Assembly: GCF_000150275.1 (NCBI RefSeq) | Contig: NW_002060952.1 | Location: 1,734,313 to 1,798,312 of the forward strand | DNA: 64,000 nt | Direction of reading: 5' to 3' | Source: Trichoplax adhaerens | Lineage: Eukaryota; Animalia; Placozoa | Notes under the pieces: model-generated | What the model was told of the DNA's origin: nothing | Seen by the model: only the letters and a program-made list of their open reading frames with translations | Database searches by the model: none | Shown here: piece by piece, positions 37,101 through 52,100 of the stretch | How positions within the stretch are numbered: the first letter of the stretch is position 1 | Layout: every line of letters begins with the position of its first letter | Made by a program: the position numbers and the translations under genes

Positions 37101-40100
37101 GTATATCATATAAATCTGAACTGTGTCGCAAACACTACTGTACATAGTTCATTTAATAATTATAATTAGCAAGAAACAGTAGGTTGTCAGCAGCACAAAA
37201 TATTATACGCGTATTCGTATACGAGTATACGTACACGAATAAATCTCAACTGTGTAGAAGTCTACATTACTCAGACAGAAAATCCTTAGTACTATACTAG
37301 CTTAACGTTCTGTCGATTCGCCAACAGAAATAACATAGTTCATAATATAATGATTACAGCTCTTCAGCTCTACTGCAAGATAGGCAAATATAGCGCCGAT
37401 AATGATGTATATAATTAATTAATTATAAATAAATGGAGAGGAGAATGGATAGAGATCATAATTATAGAAGTTGAATAGCTTATAGTTAATAACATATATA
37501 TCGTATATATATAGTCATAAATTATACAAACAGTACAGTACTTACCATAATTTTCAGGGGCAACGTAATCATACCGCGCAATCTTATCATACGTGAACAT
37601 ATCATACGGCGACCTTGCAAAATTCACAAATTCGTGTAAAAAATGATTCGTTTTCTCATATAGGAAATGTGATAACTGTTCACGAAATTCATCTGATAGT
37701 ATATCGACTCTAAAATTGAAAATTAAAACAAAAAACTTAAGTATAGCAGGGAGTATACTTTCCGTAGTATGCAAGCCACACGACAGCGAATGGATAAATT
37801 CTCTATGCATAAATCAATATCATTTTTTAATTCGTTACAGTAGTACGCAAACGTATTTATCGCATGCTATAACAGACACCCCACAAATTCCAGCATAGTA
37901 TACTTGTATAGTATACTATAATCAAACGCTCTCATTTCTGGTACGTGTCCATACTCAAAGTATCCACATTGAGTATGCAACTTACTTATATATAATAGAT
38001 AAAATTAGCTGTCGAATAAAGGCAGCATCCCCACTATTCCCAAGGACGACGTTTAATTCGCGACTAATCCAAGGAATAAGGCGGTGAGTGCAAGCAGGAT
38101 TCCTTCTAAAGAATTCAGGTGCTATGAAAAAGAAAATTTATTGCAATTATAGCAAATGCATCGATAATTTATTCCTGAAATCACTTAGATACGCAAGGCA
38201 GAAAGCATTCGTAATTTACAACAAAAGCAATAATTACTCGACGTAAAATTTACTTACAAATATCTCTATATTTGGTTTTACCATTACTAGCCACTCCCTT
38301 TACCCATAAGGACGCGGCATAAATTGCCCTAGGTAAGTTCCGATCGATTTACAATTGTTCAATATGGTATTCTGTATGCATGGCAAAAATTAAGAGCAAA
38401 TGCATCAAATCTATACTTTCTTCTCTCCAATGATCTTAGATAAATTGGTTTCCTTCTCGTTGACGTAGAACCCCACTGAGAGTATCTAGAGGAGGAAGCA
38501 TTGCCATTGACACCTGAAGTGCGGCTGGAACTAGATTGTTGGTGTCGCACGGGCCGACCTGATGTCATAGTGGTCCTATAGCGAAATCTGTTAACAAGAT
38601 ATAGTGTTATAACTTTACGAATTATGTTAACAAGATATAGTATTATAACTTTACGAATTATATATATATTACTTTGTTGCAAATATTATTTATAATAATT
38701 CGCGTAGTTCAATAAGACTTTAATATTACAACAGTTTGTTATTTGCTACTTTTGCACTAAATCGTAATATTCTAAATCCTCAAAGTATAAATTGGTACGT
38801 CAGTCTAAGAGCAACTAGACACTTTTGATACCGCCAAACAGCTGCATAAATATAAGATCAAAATTTCTGGAAGACCATTTTATGCAAATAAAGTAACATT
38901 CACTCAATAAGAAATACAGTAGTATAATCTGATTAGAGATAATGTTAGATTGACTTGAAGAATCTTGGCATATTTAAAGTTAGTAGCTAACAACAATAAA
39001 TTTACTCTCAGCTTGTTTAAATGATGATTGCGTCCTGGTTAATTAGAATTTAATTAATCCAATTTATCAGGTGATAGTGAAAAGTGAATATACTAGTTAG
39101 TCATAAAGGTGTATCGGCTGAGAAGGTTGTAAATCTAATATAGATATTGGATTACGCTTAGTCCGGATATTAACCTGTTGTCTAAACGGAAAGCTCCATC
39201 GTCAATGACCTCTTCTTTCTTTTTATCCGATTGCGAGAGTTGATACTATTAATAATTAAAACAAGCGAATTTTTAAATCTGCTTAAATATCAATTGCTAC
39301 AATTTGCACTACAATCACGCAACAGAATTATATTATATCTAACTTAACATGATATTTTCCGTAATCAATACGTATTTAAATATTGACAGCGTTAAAAGTT
39401 AAAAATCGCACTTAAGAGAGTAATGCTAATGTTATTTCCGTAATGTGAAACACATTGCAAGTTTGCAATATCAAATAACACTTTTGACTTTGTAACAATT
39501 CCAAGCAAATTAGGACCATGTTTATCTGATCTACTTTACGGCTACTGTAGATTTCAAATTATAAAAATTTAACTCTAAATCCAACTTCCTACTAAGCGTT
39601 ACTATACAGTCAAACAATTACCAAATGTATATATACTACGAGCAAGTACTACGATGTATTTCAACAACAGTCTAAGGCTATTAGCAGGCATACCATTTGA
39701 TAATCTTTGTCCGACTTTACCGTATGGATGATAGTCGTAAACTCCGATTTGCACAGAGGACACGTTTGTACAACTTCAGACCATTGTAAGATACAATAAA
39801 AGCAGAAAGTATCTATTTCCTAATTAAGGTGTTAAATAACATACTAAATAACTGAGCAATAATACTACTTTTAATGATACATACGTAGATTTATGTTCAA
39901 GCTTATTCCCCCCAAATATGATTACTCGACGGAAGCCAGGCAGCAGATAGTTATTGGAGAAACTTAAACTTTCTAATCTCTAGCCGACTGTGATATTGCC
40001 ACTAATCTGCTTATAGTAGCTGAATCATTTGCTTATGTGAATATCAACATATACATATCACATGAATACAATTTTGTTACCAGTGTATACTACTTGGTAA

Positions 40101-40774
40101 ACATTACGCACTAAAAATTCGAAGAAAACAAGCGGATGGTCAATGAATGGAAAGCGAATTGATTTTGCTATTATCGAAATGTACCCGGATGCCTTGAATG
40201 AGTATGCTGCAAGTTGCTGATGTAAAGATTCGAAGCAGACTGACAGATTATTCTATACTGAAAGTTATATAATACTAGTGTCAGCTTTCAAAGTTTAACC
40301 TACACCACTATTTTATTTCTCATGATAACTCATTAGATACTGTACCAATATCACTTCATTGATTAAAAATGTAAGTCACTTAAAGTGTAAAATCTGTACC
40401 TCAGTCATTGCAGATGCTAATTGTTTTACACTAGATTTATATTAATCGGGATGCATATACGGACACTGTATGTGTTGACTTTGATCTACAATGTCGATAT
40501 TCCATATCATAATTATCTCCAGTCTCTCAAAAAATGCGGAAATCTCAAGCAAGAATCGATGAATTTGTAATACCTACTGTAAACTTGCAATCTGGTACAG
40601 ACTGTTATGATCAAGGACGTATTGCTAGTTCGCTACATTAAGGATACGAAAACATTTCTCCAAGTAGGATTTATTTTCAAATGGGCATAAGCATATAGGG
40701 CAAGTAGGATCATCTTCGTTTTCCTTTGGGACTTCTACTTCCGAGCGAGTTGCGCTCGCTTCTGCCTCGGACAT
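34199..40774 (-). CDS. TOPORS: E3 ubiquitin/SUMO ligase Topors (C3HC4 RING), ~10 exons
   Basis: RING: CPICLCPFENKSYLEKCF|HTFCFYCILQWSEVVQTCPLCK. Topors motifs RFRYRTTMT, YRDISPEFFRRNPACTHRLIPWISREL and TNHFLHEFVNFARSPYDM..YD..ARYD. A Lys/Arg/His-rich tail and terminal coiled coil end at the stop at 34199. Confidence 0.95.
34834..35040. repeat. Tandem duplication, 2 x 104 bp, in a TOPORS intron
   Basis: cacgaactatttataatttt...ttatactttgcgtgta at 34834 and 34938 with few mismatches. Confidence 0.9.
36585..37010. repeat. Intronic TACAG/CTGTA-rich cluster in TOPORS
   Basis: gtactgtactgtagtacagta, tactgtactgtact, gtacagtaaagtacactgtac, tgtactgtactgtacattgtaca. Confidence 0.7.
38590..38661. repeat. 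Tandem duplication, 2 x 36 bp, at a TOPORS 3' splice site
   Basis: gttaacaagatatagt(g/a)ttataactttacgaattat occurs twice. Confidence 0.85.
39813..40647 (-). other. U12-type (minor spliceosome) GT-AG intron, TOPORS intron 1
   Basis: 5' splice site GTATCCTTA (consensus RTATCCTTT). Branch site ACCTTAAT (consensus TCCTTRAY) lies ~10 nt before the 3' AG, with no polypyrimidine tract. Splicing restores the RING frame. Confidence 0.88.
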
Positions 40775-40887
40775 TTTGATGATGCTAAAGCTAAACTAAA
40801 CTTCTGCTAAATCGAAGTACTAAAGTGCAATTTCGAGCGAAAATAAACTCCAATTGCATGTTACAACTGCTGCACTTTACCAAGTCC

Positions 40888-40955
40888 ATACAATGTACAA
40901 TTGTACATGTACACTTGTACAGTACCTACAGTACAGTACTGCACGGTATACTGAA
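40888..40955. promoter_or_regulatory. TACAG/TGTACA array upstream of TOPORS
   Basis: tgtacaattgtacatgtacacttgtacagtacctacagtacagtactg, ~115 bp upstream of the ATG at 40774. Confidence 0.6.
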
Positions 40956-42233
40956 TGAGTCTATACCGAAATACTCCGGTAAGACGGATTAGCAGACGGA
41001 CTGCTTACATATGAAGGCAGCGAAGCCGGGGGACCTGCAGGTACTTTTATATGGAGCACTTAATACTTTACCAGGTAAAGTATTTAGTGGTCCTTGACTG
41101 TTAGAAGATTTAAAGTATAATTAACATACAGCCCTGACTATCTTAGCTAGTTAAAAGAATGATCGATCCTATGCAAGTTTTCTCATTCCCGATCACTTGA
41201 TCAAGTAGCCACGTACAGAATATCTTCAATATTCGTGTATTCAAATACAGAATTATAAATAACAGTCTATAGCGCTAATTAATATATGAGCCATTCTTCG
41301 TAATAACAAGTAGTTTTTTTAATTAAGCATTTAAAGTAGTATAAATTGCTATTATAAAATCCAGATTTATATCGCACCTCCTTGGGCAATATAAATACAA
41401 ACGATTTCCATGTAGTCAATACGGTATCTACAAGTAAAATGTCGAATCTTGGATCTTTATTATACAGTGCTTCGGTAAAAGTCATAACGATACAGCTCTT
41501 TATTACAGATTTTGCTTTACCATTTACATTCATTAAAATTACCTGTCAAAGATATGATTATTATTGGTATATTTATAGATTTCCCTCGCTGATTTGTTGT
41601 GCATGGTTAGGTCAAGCAGTCATACTGTCACATCAAATCGATATTTAGGCTCGAATATCCTATCCTTCTATTAGCCTAAATTAATGACTACAACGTTCAA
41701 ATACGCTCAACTGCTTAGCAGACTTCTATATACATACGGACGTTAATCTTACAGTATTAAGATCAGTACCTAGAGTTTACACTATAGCAGTACATAAGAC
41801 AATCGTTCGTTCGTGATCTTCTCTCCTTCAATAACGGATAATATGGCCCATTGTACAGAGTTGTGTTCCCTTGAGTCAGAAGGCCTAAAAAATTTTATGA
41901 CGGTCAGGAATATCTTCATATGAAGCATATAAAGAATTGTGTAATTGGCATCCAAGGAGACCTGAGAAAGGTTGATCCGATTTTGATCGCATTAATTGTT
42001 TGATATACTTGTACTTGGAATAGTTCTATTTCCAGCTAATATCACGAAAACCCAAGCTGCTACCGCAACCGCTAACAAAACCTAATCGATTATGAAGCAA
42101 ATTGAACGATGTCAACGCAAAAGTAATTTCTTATCCTCTCTCGTAAATTTATAATAATAACTCGCAAGCGCGAACGCATACTACTACAGTATTTCTGATA
42201 ATACAGTACAAGTCTATGCGTATCAATGCGTAC

Positions 42234-42923
42234 AAGTTTTTATTGACTACCGCAGATGCTTCATGTAAAGATTCACTTCACTGCATATATCAATCCATGT
42301 TCTGTTGATAATATCATGCTAAGACTCAAGTAATTGCATACTGTATTTACGCGTTTTAACAATGTGTAATAGAATAGAATGAAGATTTAACATTTCATAG
42401 AGCATAAACAGTGTCAAATCGCTTGTTTCACAATGTATGTTCTATGAAATGTTAAATCTTCATACCATTCATTTCATCGATAGTTTACTTATAATATTTA
42501 TAATGTAATACGCTGTCCTATCCATCTCTGATCAATCGATACATCCAATAAAAAGGTTTAGCAAGAAGTTATAAAGTTTTTATTGACTACTACAGATGCT
42601 TCATGTAAAGATTCACTTCACTGCATATATCAATTCATATTCTGTTGATAATATCATGTTAAGACTCAAGTAATTGCATACTGTATTTACGCGTATTATT
42701 AACAATGTGTGATAAAATAGAATGAAGATTTAACATTTCATAGAGCATAAACAGTGTCAAATCGCTTGTTTCACAATGTACTGTATGTTCCATGAAATGT
42801 TAAATCTTCATACCATCCATTTCATCGATAGTTTACTTACAATATTTATAATGTAATACGCTGTCCTATCCATCTCTGATCAATCGATATATCCAATAAC
42901 AAGGTTTAGCAAGAAATTATAAA
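42234..42923. repeat. Recent tandem duplication, 2 x ~340-350 bp
   Basis: aagtttttattgactac..cagatgcttcatgtaaag...aaggtttagcaagaa.ttataaa at 42234 and 42574, highly similar with small indels. Confidence 0.92.
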
Positions 42924-43019
42924 ATTGTCATCCTCAAGCTTAGCTAGTCAAAGTAACGATGGAAACGGATGTTGCTGACTGATGTTGCTAACTTCTAAAA
43001 CGAGCAGTTTATTAATATT

Positions 43020-43125
43020 GTATAGTACACAGGTAATGTACTGGATAGTATGCGCCACTATGACCGGACTACAGTACAGTGTACAGTGTACAGTGTACAA
43101 TCAACCACATGCTCTACGGTACTGA
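43020..43125. promoter_or_regulatory. TACAG array upstream of DIMT1
   Basis: actacagtacagtgtacagtgtacagtgtaca, ~240-300 bp upstream of the ATG at 43363. Confidence 0.55.
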
Positions 43126-43362
43126 GAATGAAGCAGCTAAGCCTGTCTGCAGACTGGAAATGATTGCAGAGGTGCAGCGCAGATCCATCTAGGAAGTAAT
43201 CCCTAGCAGAAGTGCAAACTATCTGTGAATTCTTACAAGTAGCTGGACACGATTGTGGTGATTACAATTTTACCCTTTGAATCCAACAGAAAATATCGGT
43301 GGTTGCACAGTTAATAGGAGAATTATTCACTTTATCGGAACCCGAATTAATACGAAATCAGC

Positions 43363-46182
<2,820 letters not shown>

Positions 46183-49100
46183 AAGATGAAATAACATCTG
46201 TACACTTATTATGTACTTATCTATCGTTTTCTACTAAGCTAGAAGATGAAAAGATTATATAATGTCAAAAATATTTAAACGTATTTTGTATATAAGACAT
46301 ACATAAGTATCTATTATTTTCACATTTGCCATGTCATCATGATGACTTTTAATAGCCGTACGCATATACGTATCGATGTAATGATGAAATATTGCGATCA
46401 TGAATACTTTGTTGTGTACCACTGTAGATTTAATTATTATTAAATGTTATGACTTCTCATAGCAAATGGAAGGTCTGACTTAAATTGTAGTAACCTAGAC
46501 TGTTATAGAATAGGGTAACAACACTTGGAATTATCTTTAAGTCGACTCCCCGCCTAGAGGTGCTTTGCCAACGTAGCAATTAGTGATTTATCCAAGGCCA
46601 GTAGCTAATATTGTAACGCAAGTATGTGTATATTGTTCCGAAGTACCAAAATTTATTTATACCGCTCGACTTATAAGTAATTATTATATCGATAAATATT
46701 AGTAAATGCACGGCTACGTTAACTATATCTAACCCAGATATAATATGTCTGTTGATTTTTACTAAGCGAGTATCCTTCTTTCCATGCTCCTTGTCGAAAT
46801 ATTGTAGAGATTTACCCGTAAATTATTAAGAGAAGCATGATTACTAAAATTGTTAATTTTTTTCATCATTTTATGGTAATATTGATATCAACTGCGTAGT
46901 TGATTCGAATTGATCAACGTAGACCATCAATCTAACTTCTTACATGAATATAATAATTTATTTAATATAAAATCACATTAAGCGTTGTTGACTTAGCAAC
47001 GACCAAATATAAGCACCACCTATATACATTGTTGATGCTTTTTCGAAGCATTAATTAGTAGAACATTTTAATAACTGTTTTTACAGCTTAGCATTTGGCA
47101 GAGCAATCGCATACGTATATTTAGAAACTTAAAGCATTATGGAAGATCCATTGTTTGGGTAAATATTGGTAGTATTCTCTAAATGTCAGGCAATTACTTC
47201 AATAATTGCAAGTTACATATGTATTGATTATTTGAATCAGTCTATTATTATTATATTAATCATCAAAGAAATATCCAGCTACATTTTTAGTAAATGGCTA
47301 AAGAAGCTATGCAATAGCAAACAATCAAGAATTCAAAATTACAACGATACGTCTACGTAGTAAATTATCAAGATATATACTGTTATGTCTAGTTGCTGTA
47401 TTTATAGAGTATAATCCGTAAAGCAAATTAATTTTCAGTTTTACAGCTACAACATATCAATTTCTATTCGTAAACATCTTTTAAAAATTTTGAAGTAAAA
47501 CTAACACAAGTCAGTATACTCGTATCTCTTAATCATTGGGTATGAAAGAGTTGGGTCAAGAATCCGTTAATATCATTAACTATCAATGATATACTGATAA
47601 TAATATTTTACTTATTTACCGTATGGCCTTATAGTTTATTTTTCTTCCAAGTTGCCCCCGTAGATAGTTATAATATGAGGTTAATATCTTTATTTTATAA
47701 TGACAGTAGCAGTAGACTCATTGTCGGATTATCGTTGACTTGAAATAGCTAAAACTAGAAACGTAAAGGAAATAGCATTGCCAATAACAACAACAAATAC
47801 ATCAACAAGCATCAAAAACAATAGCACGTTCTTTACAAGGGCTCCTAATGCCATATCAACAAAACAATAAGGATCATAATTCTACCAAAAGGGAGTTATT
47901 GTATTTTATTATCATAGTTCGTTAAAATTGCAAGGCATTATAATGAATTCTATTTTAGCAATCAAGAGGCGAATTTGCAACATGTTCGTTTTTTATTATT
48001 TCATCACTAAGGTCTCTAAGAAAAATAAAAAGAAAAATAATAATGTTCCTAGAATTGAAACCTATTATTCTGTATCATGTTGTCAAATGGTTATGCAATA
48101 CTGTTTCCTTGTTGCCATCATCACAACCATTCAATTAGCTGCAATGTAAGCAGTAACTTTCTATTTTAATCTATCTATTTTTTTGCGCTAACAACAAGTT
48201 GAAGAAAGCTAGAAAGTTAATAGTCGTATTTTCATTACTACGTATATTTCAATTTTCTGGTTAACCTAATAGCACAAATTTCACTGTAGCGTAGAATATA
48301 TTATTAATGAATATATATTTAAGCGTGATGAATACACATCATATGCTATATTACATTCTAGAGATTACCTAGCCTCCGTGACTTATCAATAGTTTTTTTC
48401 CACTTGGTTAAAATCAAAAATTATTTTCGACAAGGCTTTAACTAATCACTGATTCAGCAGCGAAAGATAGATAAAATAACTACAGAAGGAGCTAGATTTA
48501 TTTATAAACTCTCATTACTATGAAATGATCATATTTACAATAATGCAATGCATCGTCAATGTTACTTGCCGGCCATACAATTTCATTCTATGAATGACTG
48601 TGCGACTGAAATTTTTTGTGTCTCTATCGTACATATACATAAAGAACAATAAATAATAGGTAAATACTCCACTATTTGACGTCAAAAATATTCAAATATA
48701 GCTAGAGGCACTATATGCTTCGCCAAAGTATGTTTCTTTTATTCTATACTTGTCATAATTGAATCATGACCTATTTAATGTTATATCTGATAGTATGCCA
48801 TACGCAATGGAATGCCATCACTTGCTTATTATCACAATATAATCTTTATTATCTTTTGATCGCTCATTATAAAGTACGTGTGCCAGGCTTGCATATATAC
48901 ATTTGAATATATGAAATGTACATGTTATCCGATGGACAGAAATAAGTATTTTAAATTTCTGTAATGCAACCATCATACCCATTAATTATATGGGTAACAC
49001 GGAATGTATCATAAATCGGAGTAGATAAAGTTTACCTTAAAAATTTTCTTCAGTGACACTTTTTTCATTTTCTTCAGCTGAAAAATATTAATAATATTTA

Positions 49101-52100
49101 CTGTATTATTTCTACGGAACTCATTTTTTATCAATTTCAGACCTTATAGATAGTCTCTTTATGTTACTATTATAAAATGAAATATTTTATCTCTCTAGCA
49201 TTCGATCAATTTCAATGTACTACATACTTAACAATATACTTCTTACCTCAGCCAATCTGGCCACGTCGCAAGTAATTTTATGCTAGTTACTTCAATTAAG
49301 CCTTTATTTAGATTATAAAAGCGGCTAGATAAAGTAATTAAATTTGAGTAATTTTTTATCTGATAATGACTAAACTTTAGAAATTATTCAATTTTATGCG
49401 CCCGTATTCTGCTTTTAGGGTCAGGGAGAAGGAATAGCTATGCCAAATTTCAGCGATACTGACTTTAAATCATACTCGAAATTAGTAAAGCTTGCAAGCG
49501 TTTTGATCCCTCTTACCTTACTAAACGCTAGTCTAGGAGCACGATAAAACTACAACAGCGCTCCATTCTTGATATGCCATTTATATACAGATATTGATCG
49601 ATTAGAAAATCTTCATTAAGAAATAAAACAAAAACTAAATTCGCAATCTTAATAAGTGTTTTAAATCATATGTAAATATCTTACTTTGAATAAGTATCAA
49701 TAAATTTTTCCATTTTCTAATAAACTTATTATACCCTCACTCTAGATGTTGCCTTAAACTCTTAACGAAATGATTAAAGAGGAATAAATCGGCTAGCCTT
49801 ATAGACATAAATTTTAAGCAAATCTGTTAAAAACAGATTTTGCAGCTAACGAAACTAACATAGTGCCTTAACGATTCTACAATAAAGCCGACGTTCTTAT
49901 TCCTGAACTTAGTTTTTTTCTGAAAAGCTGTAAGAGGGGAAATTATTCGTATGGCCTAATATTAACTATTTATAAGCATCTTATTATTGCACCTTCTCCA
50001 TTTGTAATGCTATTAATTTCATCAGTCTATTTTATTTTGCAAAATAAGTCGTTAAAATATCAGAAGCAATCAAAACTTTCAAACTTTTTTATCTACTAAT
50101 AAGTAAAGTATTCCTTGTATTGCTTACTAGATAAATGGTTGGGATCACTGTATATCTTGAATATATTCAGCCCACCTTTCACTTGATATTATCTACGAGA
50201 GAAATTATAACAGCGATTGAAGAAAATAGTTTATTATGTAAGTCAACACGAATAATCAATCTATCCTTAAATACTCTGAATATAAATAGCATACACCTAA
50301 CTTTGCACGGTTAATAATTTTTTAATTTTATATCGGACTTGTTAAGGCCTGTGTTTACATAGTAGATTACGGAAATAGCTTTCGTTGTCATTCTTTGGAA
50401 CTACCGCTTAGCTCTTAAATAAATTTCGTATAAGAATCAGCAATTAAAAAGCAATATAATCGATTGAAACCACGACATGATGAAAAATATTTCATCATTT
50501 ATTAATTAATTATTATCGTGATATTTTCGAGTTATCAACATACTTTCGAGGCGTTGGTTAATTAAAAGCTCATTTAATAATTCATTCAAGATAAAATTTA
50601 TCGGTATTATTTTTAACGCATGTCACATCATATAATATTTCACGGGTAAAATTTATTCGTAGGACTTATTGTCACACTATGATCATCTATAATCGACTAA
50701 TTATCAATTTCAACATGACAGGTAGGGTGCCATATAGTTAAGTTATCGTTATAGTGATGATCTAACTCAATTAACGGAAGATGTAACTAATTCTACTACG
50801 AATAAATAGCCGTTGCCCGCCAAATTATTTGCTATATCGCCAGAACTTTATTCTGACCTACGACTAAGCTCGAGACTAATATTAATATTTTACTTTCGTT
50901 CTGAAGCTTCTAGCGCATTAACAAGTTTGTCAACAAGCATCCTACCACAGTAATTTAAGTACAATAAATCCAATGCAATATTTTTGGCAACATTCGAGCA
51001 TTCTAATACTAGCATTCCAGTCTCTCTTTATAGAAGTCAATTAGCATAAGAATGCTGTCATGCAGACAATCGTCTTCAGTTGGAATAATAAATAATTAAA
51101 CGATTAACATCCAGCTATTTAGCATTTATGATGATTATAATTTAAAATTTAAACGATGAATGACAACAATGACTATTGCGAAACAATACAAATTAACAAT
51201 TGTCCCATCAAATCGATACAACAATCTTCTTATTTCATCTTCTATTCCACTTCTACACAACTATCGTATTGATAAAATATCAATCTTAATTTAGTGATAT
51301 TAGCATCGTTTTTTATGCGAAGTAGACAAGACAAAATGATGACTTAACCAATTTGCTCTATCTAAGGCTAATTTTTACAGTTAACAGATCAAAATAACTC
51401 TAGACATCGTAAGGAATCAGGTAAAGAAATAGTAACACAGCGAGTGAACAGCATTAATCATGTTTACAGTATGTCATCTTAATTTAAGTAACTGTATTAC
51501 TTTTGATAAATTAAAAATCATCTCTTTTATTAGTTTACTAGAGATATAAGTAGAAAAGGTCATCATTTAACCTGTATAACCTAATCAAAAATAGTAATGT
51601 AAGCAATCATCTAACGCTGTTACTTCGTCATGTCTATTTCCTTGTTGTGAACGGATGGTTGTAATGATCATTGTAAACTTGATATATACAATTACGATCT
51701 TTTAGTCATCATCGATTGATTTTAAAGGATAGCTTTAAAAATTGATTGTAGCACAGTTTTCTATCAGAAATTATTGTTTCGCCATAAAAGAAACAGCGTA
51801 CAACCTGATAATTTCTCAGCAAAAACTTGTTCATTTATACGACTAATCGATTTTTTATTCAAAAAGCGTAATCAGATAAAACAGTTGTAATTTTATGAGC
51901 GAAACGATTTAATGGTATTTTAGATATCGTAAATATTTTTGTTAAAAATAAAATCAGTAATCTCATCCTACGCATTATATTCGATATACAGTACTGCTAA
52001 TATTATATATATATATACAGAAGTAAACATTATATTATCTTTGTTTTACCCACACATTAAGATGTAACATGCAGTAGTATCCTATTTGCATCCAATGCCT

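Noticed and set aside
47729-47854. 41-aa hydrophobic minus-strand ORF (MALGALVKNVLLFLMLV...)
   Set aside because: The hydrophobicity follows from T-rich low-complexity sequence; there is no splice or homology support.
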